Positions 8,839 to 17,779 of a stretch of DNA of 64,000 bases are shown piece by piece. The notes beneath the pieces were generated by a model. The model had not been told where the DNA came from. It saw only the letters and a list, made by a program, of their open reading frames with translations, and searched no databases. The stretch is from a candidate division TM6 bacterium GW2011_GWF2_28_16 (lineage in GTDB: Bacteria; Patescibacteriota; Microgenomatia; UBA1400; PJMF01): NCBI GenBank assembly GCA_001029715.1, contig CP011212.1, positions 398,936 through 462,935 on the forward strand, read 5' to 3'. Position 1 is the first letter of the stretch, and the number at the start of each line of letters is the position of its first letter. Made by a program: the position numbers and the translations under genes.

Positions 8839-9651
8839 ATGACTGCCCAAACCAAATCACAGCAAATTCTAGCAAGCTTAGCTATGGCAGGACAGGTTGC
8901 TATGACCAGTCCTGTGCTTAGTGCCAATCAGGACAATCAAGTTTTAGACGAAAAATCTCGTCAAGTAGCTTTAGACATCTCAAAGCAGGAGCATCAAGAA
9001 ATTATTGCCAAACTGAGTTCTTATGTTAATTCTCCAGCTGGTCATTTAGAAAGAGAAACAGAACTTTATCTAGAACAGCAACTCTCAGAAATTTTAGGTT
9101 TTAAGGTAAGAACGGAACTCGATGGCAAAAGACTTAATCATAGCATTGGAATTATGGGTTCAGAACAACACTTATTGCGTTTTCCAGGTGATGAGCTTAA
9201 AGATCATGATGCTTATACTGAAGCGGGAATTGCTCCAAACAGAGGAGCTTTTGGTTGGTTTACAGACAATGGTCAGCTGACCGAAGAATCCATCCAAAGA
9301 GAAAAATATTATTTTGTAGCTCAATTAATGTACATGGAAGATTGGAGCGAAAATTATCAGGAATTAAAGCCGTGGTATAAATTTCGCAAAATGATCGTGA
9401 TTAATCCAGCCGAGCAGATTGCAGTAGTAGGAGTGGTGGCAGATGCTGGTCCAGCCATGTGGGTGAAGAAGCAATTCGGTGGTTCTCCAGAGGTAATTCG
9501 TGAAGGTAAAATTTGGAGCCCCAATAGCAAGGGTAAAGTTATGTTGCTTTTTGTTGATGATGAAGAAAATAAAATTCCCCTTGGTCCAATTTCTTTGGAT
9601 TTCGCTACTGCCTTGGCTCATAATAAGGAAATTTCTCAAAAAACCATATGA
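8839..9651 (+). CDS. Hypothetical protein (possible secreted)
   Basis: 270-aa ORF in an operon between gltX and ybeY. N-terminal hydrophobic stretch. No motif recognised. Confidence 0.5.
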   Translation: MTAQTKSQQILASLAMAGQVAMTSPVLSANQDNQVLDEKSRQVALDISKQEHQEIIAKLSSYVNSPAGHLERETELYLEQQLSEILGFKVRTELDGKRLNHSIGIMGSEQHLLRFPGDELKDHDAYTEAGIAPNRGAFGWFTDNGQLTEESIQREKYYFVAQLMYMEDWSENYQELKPWYKFRKMIVINPAEQIAVVGVVADAGPAMWVKKQFGGSPEVIREGKIWSPNSKGKVMLLFVDDEENKIPLGPISLDFATALAHNKEISQKTI

Positions 9652-10043
9652 TTAAAGTAAATCTTTTTGTTGGTTCTCGCTATCCTGTTAATCGACATAA
9701 AATTAAAGAAACTGTAGAAAAAATTTTGATTGAGCACAACATAAGCAGTGCTCAAGTTGACGTTTCAATTGTAGGAGCCAGAAAAATTACTACTTTAAAT
9801 GAGAAATACTTAAAACATCAGGGTCCAACAGATGTTTTATCTTTTCCACAACACGATAAAGGACAATTGGAAGACGTTCCCATGCCAGAAGGAGAAGTAG
9901 TTCATTTGGGAGATATAGTAATTAGTTTTCCAGAAGCAGTCAGAATGGCCAAAAGATTTGGTAAGATGGTTGACCAGCAAATTTGTTTTTATTTAGAACA
10001 CGCCTTATTACACCTGCTCGGTTACCATCATGACGATCATTAG
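9648..10043 (+). CDS. ybeY: Endoribonuclease YbeY (rRNA maturation factor)
   Basis: TDVLSFP block and C-terminal HALLHLLGYHHDDH (HxxxHxxxxxH zinc motif). Confidence 0.8.
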   Translation: MIKVNLFVGSRYPVNRHKIKETVEKILIEHNISSAQVDVSIVGARKITTLNEKYLKHQGPTDVLSFPQHDKGQLEDVPMPEGEVVHLGDIVISFPEAVRMAKRFGKMVDQQICFYLEHALLHLLGYHHDDH

Positions 10044-10083
10044 AAGTTGATTCAAATTTATTAATTTATGTTAGACTCTAACT

Positions 10084-11604
10084 ATGGCTTGGTATCGTTC
10101 TTATCGTCCTAAAAAAATTCAAGATCTAAACATTAGCTCTGTTAGAGAATCTCTAGAGAGAATGATGGCGGCTGGGAAAATTCCTCAATCTTTGTTATTT
10201 GCCGGCCCAAAGGGCACGGGTAAAACTTCTGCCTCACGTATTTTAGGTGCCATGCTCAATGATCCAGCCAATGCTGATTTAGTTGATTATCTTTTTTTCA
10301 AAAAAGTTGCTCCTAAAAAGTTGGCTTTTGTAGAGCCAAATGAAGAAAGTGAGTTTGCTAAAAGAGTTTATGATGGACACTCTTTTGTTGTTCAGGAATT
10401 AGATGCAGCTTCTAATCGTCGTATTGATGATATTCGTTTGCTTAGAGAAAGAATCAATTTGCCTCCTAGTGATGGCAAAATGATGGTTTATATCTTAGAC
10501 GAAGTTCACATGTTAACCAATGAAGCTTTTAATGCTTTGTTGAAAATTCTTGAGGAACCACCAGCTCACGTGGTTTTTATTCTAGCCACTACAGAATTAC
10601 ATAAAATCCCAGCAACAATTGTTTCTCGTTGCAGTCTAATTAATTTCAGAAAAGCTAGCGGTAAAGAGCTAAAAGAGGCTTTAGAGCGAGTTCTGAAAGC
10701 AGAAAAAATAAAATTTGCTGATGAGGATCTAGAGAAAATCTCTCTCAGAGCTGATGGTAGTTTTAGAGATGGAGTTAAAATTTTAGAGATGGCTTGTAAA
10801 GATGGTAAATTAGATTTAGAAAGTATCAAAGATCTTCTTGCTAGTGATAATGAGTCTCACATTAAAAATTTACTTGAAGCAGTTGTGCAAAAAGATGAGC
10901 AGGAGTTGTTAAAAATTTTTGGGGAATTACGCGATAATAATTGCAACCAACGAGATTTTTACAAAGATCTTTTTGAGTTTTTACATAAAGATTTATTAAT
11001 GAATTTAGGAGTTATTGATGGAGTAGCTCATTATTCTATTAAAATTGATCAATTTTTTCTTAAGGAAGTTTTATCTCTCGATCTAAATCAAGATACACCC
11101 ATTCCTTTCTTAGTTTTAGAATTAAAACTCTTAGACATTATTGAGCGTTCTAAGAAAAATACTCCAAATTTGCCACCTAAAAATCCACCAACTAATTCAG
11201 GCTCAGAAAAAAAAACTGAAAAAATTGAGTTGAAAACCAAAGAGAACAAAAAAGAACCAGCAGACTCCAAAAAAAAAATTCAAAAAACTGATCTAGTTGG
11301 GCAAGATCTTTGGCAAAAATTAATAGAAACCTTTTCTGCAGATAATTTTTCTTTACTCACCCTTCTTAAATCTTGTAAGCTAGACACTATAAGCGAAGAG
11401 CTAGCTAGAATCTTTGTTTATTATCCTTTTCATAAAGAACAACTGGAGCAAATTAAAAATAAAGAATTGTTAAATAAAGCTGCTAGAGAAGTCCTAGGAC
11501 TCGATATGCAGTTTGACTTTGTTTTGCAAAATGAAACAGTGGTAGCCAGCAATCAGATTCAGGATTCAGAATTAATGCTTGCAGCTAAGGATTCTTTGTT
11601 ATAA
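10084..11604 (+). CDS. dnaX: DNA polymerase III subunit gamma/tau
   Basis: AAA+ P-loop GPKGTGKTS. ILDEVHMLT (Walker B), SRC motif (VSRCS), FNALLKILEEPP. Lys/Glu-rich linker. Confidence 0.85.
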   Translation: MAWYRSYRPKKIQDLNISSVRESLERMMAAGKIPQSLLFAGPKGTGKTSASRILGAMLNDPANADLVDYLFFKKVAPKKLAFVEPNEESEFAKRVYDGHSFVVQELDAASNRRIDDIRLLRERINLPPSDGKMMVYILDEVHMLTNEAFNALLKILEEPPAHVVFILATTELHKIPATIVSRCSLINFRKASGKELKEALERVLKAEKIKFADEDLEKISLRADGSFRDGVKILEMACKDGKLDLESIKDLLASDNESHIKNLLEAVVQKDEQELLKIFGELRDNNCNQRDFYKDLFEFLHKDLLMNLGVIDGVAHYSIKIDQFFLKEVLSLDLNQDTPIPFLVLELKLLDIIERSKKNTPNLPPKNPPTNSGSEKKTEKIELKTKENKKEPADSKKKIQKTDLVGQDLWQKLIETFSADNFSLLTLLKSCKLDTISEELARIFVYYPFHKEQLEQIKNKELLNKAAREVLGLDMQFDFVLQNETVVASNQIQDSELMLAAKDSLL

Positions 11605-11740
11605 TCAGGGTTAGTTTTGAGTGCTAACTTTATAAATTAAAAAAGAAAGGAATAATTTAATTTTTGATGCATTACATTACCCGAGTAAACGTCTTTACTC
11701 GAGAGATGCTGAGGAAAAAATTATATTATTACGTAATAGT

Positions 11741-12022
11741 ATGGCAGGAAATTTCATGAACCAATTGGGAGATTTAAATAAATTGCGTAAGCAAGCTAAG
11801 CAAATGCAGCAAGAATTGGCAGCTGAAGAGATCACTGTTGAGCGTGGTGACATCGTAGTTAAAATTACTGGGGGTCAGGAAGTCAAAGACATCTCTGTCC
11901 AAGGTATTCATAGCGATGAATTAGTCAAAACTTTAAATGAAGCAATTAAAAAATCTCAAGAGGTAGCAGCCAAGAAACTTCAAAGTATGACGGGTGGTTT
12001 AGGCTCTCTGATGGGCAAATAA
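11741..12022 (+). CDS. ybaB: Nucleoid-associated protein YbaB/EbfC
   Basis: Conserved position after dnaX. MNQLGDLNKLRKQAKQMQQELA...MTGGLG. The true start is possibly ATG at 11756. Confidence 0.85.
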   Translation: MAGNFMNQLGDLNKLRKQAKQMQQELAAEEITVERGDIVVKITGGQEVKDISVQGIHSDELVKTLNEAIKKSQEVAAKKLQSMTGGLGSLMGK

Positions 12023-12028
12023 GTTTCA

Positions 12029-12667
12029 GTGATGAATATATTTATTGCTAGTGCTAATGACGGCAAAATTAAAGAAATTAAAGCAATTCTTGCTAATAAT
12101 TCTCTCAATTTACTCAGTATTTTAGATACAGAGCAATTAAATAGGTTGGGCTTATCAATCGATCAAGATTTTGATGTTATTGAAGACGGTAAAACTTTCC
12201 AGGATAACGCTCTTCTTAAGGCTAAAGCCTATGCTGATCTAACCAAGATGCCTGTTATTGCTGATGATTCTGGTTTAGAGGTAGAGGTTTTGGATGGATT
12301 TCCTTCAGTTAACTCCAATCGTTGGTTTGATGGTACAGTCGGTGAAAGAAACCTAGCTTTATTAGATTTACTTAAAGATAAAAAGAATCGCCAAGCCAGA
12401 TTTTATAGCGTAATTTGTTATTTTGATCCGGCTAATAACGAAGCAAATTTTTTTGATGGAGAAATTAAAGGGCAAATAGCTCTTGAGCCAAAAGGTAGTA
12501 AGATTGAAGGTTTTGGTTACGATCCGATCTTTATTCCAGAAGGTTTTGACAAAAGTTTTGCAGAACTAGGCGCAGAGTTTAAAAACACCATTTCTCATCG
12601 CAGAAAAGCTTTGGCTAAGCTAAACCGATATGTTCTTCAAGATAAACATCTTGAACAGCCTGAATAA
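12029..12667 (+). CDS. rdgB: Non-canonical purine NTP pyrophosphatase (RdgB/HAM1)
   Basis: IFIASANDGKIKEI at the N-terminus. GFGYDPIF and ISHRRKAL blocks. Confidence 0.85.
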   Translation: MMNIFIASANDGKIKEIKAILANNSLNLLSILDTEQLNRLGLSIDQDFDVIEDGKTFQDNALLKAKAYADLTKMPVIADDSGLEVEVLDGFPSVNSNRWFDGTVGERNLALLDLLKDKKNRQARFYSVICYFDPANNEANFFDGEIKGQIALEPKGSKIEGFGYDPIFIPEGFDKSFAELGAEFKNTISHRRKALAKLNRYVLQDKHLEQPE

Positions 12668-13685
12668 TCTTGATGCCTTCTTCCATTGGTCTTTTAAAAG
12701 CTTTGCGACCCATGATTAATCCAGCTCCACCAGCTCTTTTATTAATCACGGCCGTTTTGACAGCTGCTTTAAGGTCTTTTTCTAAATCTCCATCTTCGCT
12801 ACTTTCACCACCTGAATTAATCAAACTAATTTTACCGGCATAGCAGTTCATAACTTGTAAGCGTACCATGTCGATTGGATTTTCTGTGCTTAGAGCCTCA
12901 TACATTTCTTTGCTTTGTTTACCAAATTTAAATTTGCGAAAACCACCGTCAATATCTGGCATTTTTTGTTTAATGATATCTGCTTCAATAGTTACTCCAA
13001 GACGATTAGCATAAGAAGTGATATCAGCAGCATTTTCGTAATTGCCATCTTTATCTTCCCAAGCTGAATTTCGAGGGTAGCACCAAAGTATAGTAGCTAA
13101 ACCTAATTGATGAGCTTCATAGAAAGCTTTGGAAATTTCTACTATTTGGCGATTGGATTCCTTAGAACCAAAATATATGGTCGCTCCAATCGCCACAGCT
13201 CCCATGTCATAAGCCTGTTTAACTTGGGCAAATAAGACTTGATCCCATTTATTTGGATAAGTTAAGAGTTCATTGTGGTTAATTTTGACGATGAAAGGAA
13301 TTTTGTCAGCATATTTTTTACTGACTAGCCCTAAAGCTCCTAAAGTAGAAGCAACGCCATTACATTCGGCTTCCATGGCAAGTTTAACTACGTTCTCTGG
13401 ATCAAAATAAATAGGGTTTTTATAAAAAGAATAAGAAGCATTGTGCTCAATATCTTGATCAACCGGTAGAATAGATAAATATCCTGTATTAGTTAGACGA
13501 CCATGTCCATAAAGTCGCTCAAGATTGCGAATTACTTTTTCATTACGATCGGAATTAGCAAAAACGTTTTGTACATGATTACTTTTAGGGAATTCAATTA
13601 ATTCCTTTGGCAATAATTGGCACTGATGAGCCATAAGATAGCGTGCTTCACTACCAAGTAAATCAATTATATCTTGATAAATCAT
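12615..13685 (-). CDS. fbaB: Fructose-bisphosphate aldolase class I (DhnA/FbaB type)
   Basis: Near-collinear similarity to E. coli FbaB along the whole length: YLSILPVDQ, IVKQKM, NSGG, VINKRAGG, ILGRKAFK, AVQDVYL. Confidence 0.9.
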   Translation of the reverse strand: MIYQDIIDLLGSEARYLMAHQCQLLPKELIEFPKSNHVQNVFANSDRNEKVIRNLERLYGHGRLTNTGYLSILPVDQDIEHNASYSFYKNPIYFDPENVVKLAMEAECNGVASTLGALGLVSKKYADKIPFIVKINHNELLTYPNKWDQVLFAQVKQAYDMGAVAIGATIYFGSKESNRQIVEISKAFYEAHQLGLATILWCYPRNSAWEDKDGNYENAADITSYANRLGVTIEADIIKQKMPDIDGGFRKFKFGKQSKEMYEALSTENPIDMVRLQVMNCYAGKISLINSGGESSEDGDLEKDLKAAVKTAVINKRAGGAGLIMGRKAFKRPMEEGIKIIQAVQDVYLEEHIGLA

Positions 13686-14203
13686 TTTTTCTTAGCTTTA
13701 CTTTTATTTTTGCTAATTATTTTAGCCACAGCATATTCAGATTTTACTTCATAAAGAACATAGAAGCTTATTAAGAGACTAAACAATAAGCCAAAGAGTC
13801 CGTTTCTAAAGAAGATGACACTAACTAAGTTCATAACCAACTCTAAGATGCTTAGGCAGAATAGAATGTACCAACCTTCAATCTTTCTATTCATAAGTGG
13901 TTTGTAGGCCATCAAAGAAATTGCGCCAGCTAAAATTTGAAGTAGACCTGTTATATAAAAATAAACAGAAGGAACAGTTCTCCACAAATTAAATATACGG
14001 TGAAAATCTTCTGCGCCAAAAATACTACGCAAACCGCCAGTAATCATAAATAAACCGGAAACAAGAACTAGATATGGAGCAATTTTTACTAAAATCTCCG
14101 TGGCTTTTTTAGGTAAATGGGGTACGCCACTGAAGACTTTTTCTAGCTCTCTGTCAAGCTTTTTAACTAATGGATGGGAGAAAAGAGATAAAATTTTCTG
14201 CAT
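13682..14203 (-). CDS. Hypothetical membrane protein (4 TM)
   Basis: 173 aa, hydrophobic, K-rich C-terminus. Start overlaps the fbaB start by 4 nt. Confidence 0.45.
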   Translation of the reverse strand: MQKILSLFSHPLVKKLDRELEKVFSGVPHLPKKATEILVKIAPYLVLVSGLFMITGGLRSIFGAEDFHRIFNLWRTVPSVYFYITGLLQILAGAISLMAYKPLMNRKIEGWYILFCLSILELVMNLVSVIFFRNGLFGLLFSLLISFYVLYEVKSEYAVAKIISKNKSKAKKK

Positions 14204-14240
14204 GATTTCATATTAGCATAAATGTTAAGATGAATGCACG

Positions 14241-16760
14241 ATGAAAGAATCATTTCACAGCCTATCTATCAAAGAAAGCTTAGAAGCTCTAAATACTAAT
14301 CAAGAAGGATTAAGTGAAAATGAAGCTCTTTCCAGATTGGAAAAATATGGCAAGAATCGTCTTAAACAAACGAGCCAGTTTTTGGTTTTCAAAATCATTG
14401 CCAATCAATTTAAAAGTTTGCTGATTTTTATTTTAATTGCAGCAATGATTCTATCTATTCTCTTAAAAGAGAATATTGATGCTTTGGCGATTTTTGTAGT
14501 AATAATTCTAAATGCGATCCTTGGTTTTGTTGAAGAATACAAAGCTGAAAAATCTATTAATGAACTAAGGAAAATGGAGACTTTGAAGGCAGTGGTTTTG
14601 CGTGATGGTGTTGAGAAATATATTAATGCAGACTTTTTGGTTAAAGGTGATGTGATTCTCTTAGGTGAGGGTGAAAAAATTCCAGCAGATTGTAGAATTT
14701 TGGAAAATTTGTCTTTGGAAACAGATGAGTCAATGTTAACTGGAGAGTCAATGCCAGTGCTCAAAGTTTCTAATAAGTTATCTGAGAATCTTAGCATTCA
14801 AGATAGAAAAAACATTCTTTATTCTTCCTGTCTAATTACTAAAGGTAAAGCTAAAGCAGTGGTAATTGAAACAGGGATGAATACACAAATAGGTCAAATT
14901 GCCACACAAATTCAGGATGTGAAGGAAGAGCTAACTCCTCTACAAAAAACCCTTGATGAATTAGGTAAAAAAATTGCTATTTTAGCTATTCTTTTATCCA
15001 TTCCTGTTTTATTAATAGTTTGGTTTAAAGGTGGAGATCTTTTTGAAACTTTAATGATGGGTGTTTCTTTAGCAGTCTCCAGTATTCCTGAGGGTTTGCC
15101 AATTGTAGTTACAGTAGCTTTAGCGCTAGGTGTTAAAAGAATGGCCAAATCAAATGTTTTAACTAAAAAACTGCCTGCCGTTGAATCTTTGGGGGGAATT
15201 GACGTTATTTGTTCTGACAAAACTGGCACAATCACTAAAAATCAAATGGAAGTAATTGATCTTTTCATGTTAGATTTTTCAGCTAGCGATATTGCTCTCG
15301 AAGCAGTTTTATGTAGTGATGCTAAGGCTGACCACGGGGATCCGACGGAGCGGGCTTTGCTTAACTTTTTGAAGAAATATCAAGATCAAAATGAAAGTCT
15401 TGAAACTTATAAAAGAATCGCTGAAGTACCTTTTTCTAGTGAATATAAATATATGGCAGTAGCAGTAGAGAGTGATAGTAAAAGTAAAGAAATAATTAAA
15501 GGCGCACCAGAAATTGTTTTGGAGTTTTGCAATCTCAGCGATGAAGATAAAGAAAAAATTTTAAAAGCTAATGAAGACTTTACTAAAAATGGCTTGAGAG
15601 TTTTAGCTGTGGTTTCAAAATCAGTTACTAAGCAAAAGAATTTGTTTTCTTTAGAGAACTATAATTTTTCTGGTCTTTTAGCACTCCAAGATCCTCCAAG
15701 AGAACAAGTGGCAGCTTCGATTATGAAATGTCAGAAAGCAGGGGTGAGGGTCATTATGATTACAGGAGATCATAAAAATACAGCTATAACCGTGGCAAAG
15801 GAAGTTGGAATAAATGCAGAAATAGCCTACACAGGTTTAGAGCTAGACAAATTAAATCGTCGAGAGTTAATTGAGGTGCTTAAAAAATGTTCTGTTTTTG
15901 CTAGAGTCTCTCCACAAAACAAAGTACAAATTTTAGAAGCTCTACAAGGCCAGGGATTGCAGGTAGCAATGACTGGAGATGGGGTTAATGATGCTCCAGC
16001 TCTTAAAAAAGCCGATGTGGGCATTGCTGTTGGTTCAGGAACTGCTTTAAGTAAGGATGTGGCTGATGTAATTTTACTTAGTGATGATTTTACTAATATT
16101 GTAGATGGCATCGAAGAGGGACGTCATATTTTCTTTAATATCAAGAAATTTGTTAGGTTCTTACTTAGCGCAAACTTTGATGAAATTCTCTGCGTAGGAG
16201 CCTCAATCTTTATGGGTCTTCCATTGCCATTTATCCCAATTCAGATTCTTTGGCTCAATTTAGTAACTGATTCTTTTCCAGCTTTAGCTTTAAGTAATGA
16301 TGTGGGAGATCCATCTTTGATGGATAAAAAGCCTTATGTGGCTAGAAAAGAAGTTCTTCGTGGAGTAATTTCTTATGCATCCATAGCTGGATTTTTTGGC
16401 TTTTTAATTACCTTCTCTACATTCCTATACATGATTTATTTCAGAGAGAGTGGTGAGGTTTATGCTCGCACAATGAGTTTTTCAGCTATGGTTTTCTTTG
16501 AGCTATTTTTAGTTTTTTCTATTAGATCAGAATTGAGTGCTTTTAAGATGGGTATTTTTTCTAATAAATTTTTAATTGTTTCAGTTTTACTGTCTTTTGT
16601 TCTGCAGTTTTTAGCTATTTATAACCCCCTTTTCCAGGGTTTTCTAGGAACCATGAGCATCAGTACAACAGATCTTTTATGGCTCCTAGCTTGGTCCAGT
16701 TTTGGTTTTATTTTTATGGAAATATACAAGAAAATAAAAGTTATTTATTCCAAAAGATAA
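14241..16760 (+). CDS. P-type cation-transporting ATPase (type IIA, Ca2+/Mg2+-like)
   Basis: DKTGTIT phosphorylation motif, PEGLP, MITGDHKNTA, TGDGVNDAPALKKADVGIAVG. ~10 TM. 839 aa. Confidence 0.9.
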   Translation: MKESFHSLSIKESLEALNTNQEGLSENEALSRLEKYGKNRLKQTSQFLVFKIIANQFKSLLIFILIAAMILSILLKENIDALAIFVVIILNAILGFVEEYKAEKSINELRKMETLKAVVLRDGVEKYINADFLVKGDVILLGEGEKIPADCRILENLSLETDESMLTGESMPVLKVSNKLSENLSIQDRKNILYSSCLITKGKAKAVVIETGMNTQIGQIATQIQDVKEELTPLQKTLDELGKKIAILAILLSIPVLLIVWFKGGDLFETLMMGVSLAVSSIPEGLPIVVTVALALGVKRMAKSNVLTKKLPAVESLGGIDVICSDKTGTITKNQMEVIDLFMLDFSASDIALEAVLCSDAKADHGDPTERALLNFLKKYQDQNESLETYKRIAEVPFSSEYKYMAVAVESDSKSKEIIKGAPEIVLEFCNLSDEDKEKILKANEDFTKNGLRVLAVVSKSVTKQKNLFSLENYNFSGLLALQDPPREQVAASIMKCQKAGVRVIMITGDHKNTAITVAKEVGINAEIAYTGLELDKLNRRELIEVLKKCSVFARVSPQNKVQILEALQGQGLQVAMTGDGVNDAPALKKADVGIAVGSGTALSKDVADVILLSDDFTNIVDGIEEGRHIFFNIKKFVRFLLSANFDEILCVGASIFMGLPLPFIPIQILWLNLVTDSFPALALSNDVGDPSLMDKKPYVARKEVLRGVISYASIAGFFGFLITFSTFLYMIYFRESGEVYARTMSFSAMVFFELFLVFSIRSELSAFKMGIFSNKFLIVSVLLSFVLQFLAIYNPLFQGFLGTMSISTTDLLWLLAWSSFGFIFMEIYKKIKVIYSKR

Positions 16761-16767
16761 TCGAGCT

Positions 16768-17640
16768 TTATACTGCAACGGATAATCCGCCTTGGAAGGC
16801 AAGTAATTCTTCTGGGATTTCAGCCTCAGACGAATATTGAGCTCCAGGAATTGCAAGAGATCTGCTTTTTTCGTTTTTACCATCAAGACCAGCTCCTATC
16901 AAAAAATAATTTGCAATTAATAGAAGATAAAAATCTGGACTACTTATTTTTTGATGTTTCTCGTCAACGTCATCTGTGACATTTTTTTCGAGCATATTAA
17001 TAGAGACAAAACTAGTCGCTCCATCCAATAGCGCTCGTTTTTTCATGGCTTCTTGAGTTCGTCCGGTGTCACCAAGATCTTCGAGAGAATAAATTTTTTT
17101 ATCTTTTATTTTAGCTGCGTTCCAAATTTCAAATTTGACCTCTTCACTAAAAGTTGTCTCACCGCTTGAGCTTGTAGCTCTAACTGGCATTGAATTAAGA
17201 CCAGTATCTTCAAGTGAATTTATTTTATCTCCAAATTGTTTTTTTAATAAAATAAGACATTTTTCTTCAAATTTTTCTTTAAACCATTTGGCACCCTCTA
17301 GATTGTAAATAATGAGAGATTGTTCTGCTTTTTGCCTAAACTCTTCAAGAGTTAGATCTTCTTCTCCATCAGATATTTCATTAATAAAGATTTGAATGTA
17401 CCAATTAATTGATTCGTTGAGAATAAATTCTGGAATTAAAGGAGCAAACCATCTGTCTTCGTCAAGAAGTTCTTTAACTTGTTGCTCAATCTTATTTTTT
17501 TCATCATCAGCTAGTTTATGAGGATATTTTCCATTATCTGAAGAATAAGGGGATTTAATTGTTCCCTTCTTTATTTCTAAGTTCAATCTGTTGTTGCTAC
17601 TTTTTTCTTCTTGAGAAGACATAAAGGAATAATATATCAC
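16768..17640 (-). CDS. Hypothetical protein (290 aa), orphan
   Basis: Acidic. No recognisable motifs. Co-oriented with the 738-aa orphan immediately upstream. Confidence 0.5.
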   Translation of the reverse strand: MIYYSFMSSQEEKSSNNRLNLEIKKGTIKSPYSSDNGKYPHKLADDEKNKIEQQVKELLDEDRWFAPLIPEFILNESINWYIQIFINEISDGEEDLTLEEFRQKAEQSLIIYNLEGAKWFKEKFEEKCLILLKKQFGDKINSLEDTGLNSMPVRATSSSGETTFSEEVKFEIWNAAKIKDKKIYSLEDLGDTGRTQEAMKKRALLDGATSFVSINMLEKNVTDDVDEKHQKISSPDFYLLLIANYFLIGAGLDGKNEKSRSLAIPGAQYSSEAEIPEELLAFQGGLSVAV

Positions 17641-17779
17641 AAGAGGTCATTTTTGTCTTGCAATGGAGTTTTTTTGGTGATGGGGAGCAGTTTTGAAGGA
17701 TTTAATGATGCGTTTTTTAGAGTCAGCGTTAGGGATGAAAAAATAAATAAGCTCTTTTTAGAAAAGTTAGAGGAGATTT

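Noticed and set aside
11682-11701. Hairpin between dnaX and ybaB as a possible SRP RNA (scr sits next to dnaX in Bacillus)
   Set aside because: It is only an 8-bp stem with a 4-nt loop in a 135-bp gap. It has no GGAA tetraloop or helix-8 motif, so it is too small for 4.5S RNA and is more likely a terminator or processing site.
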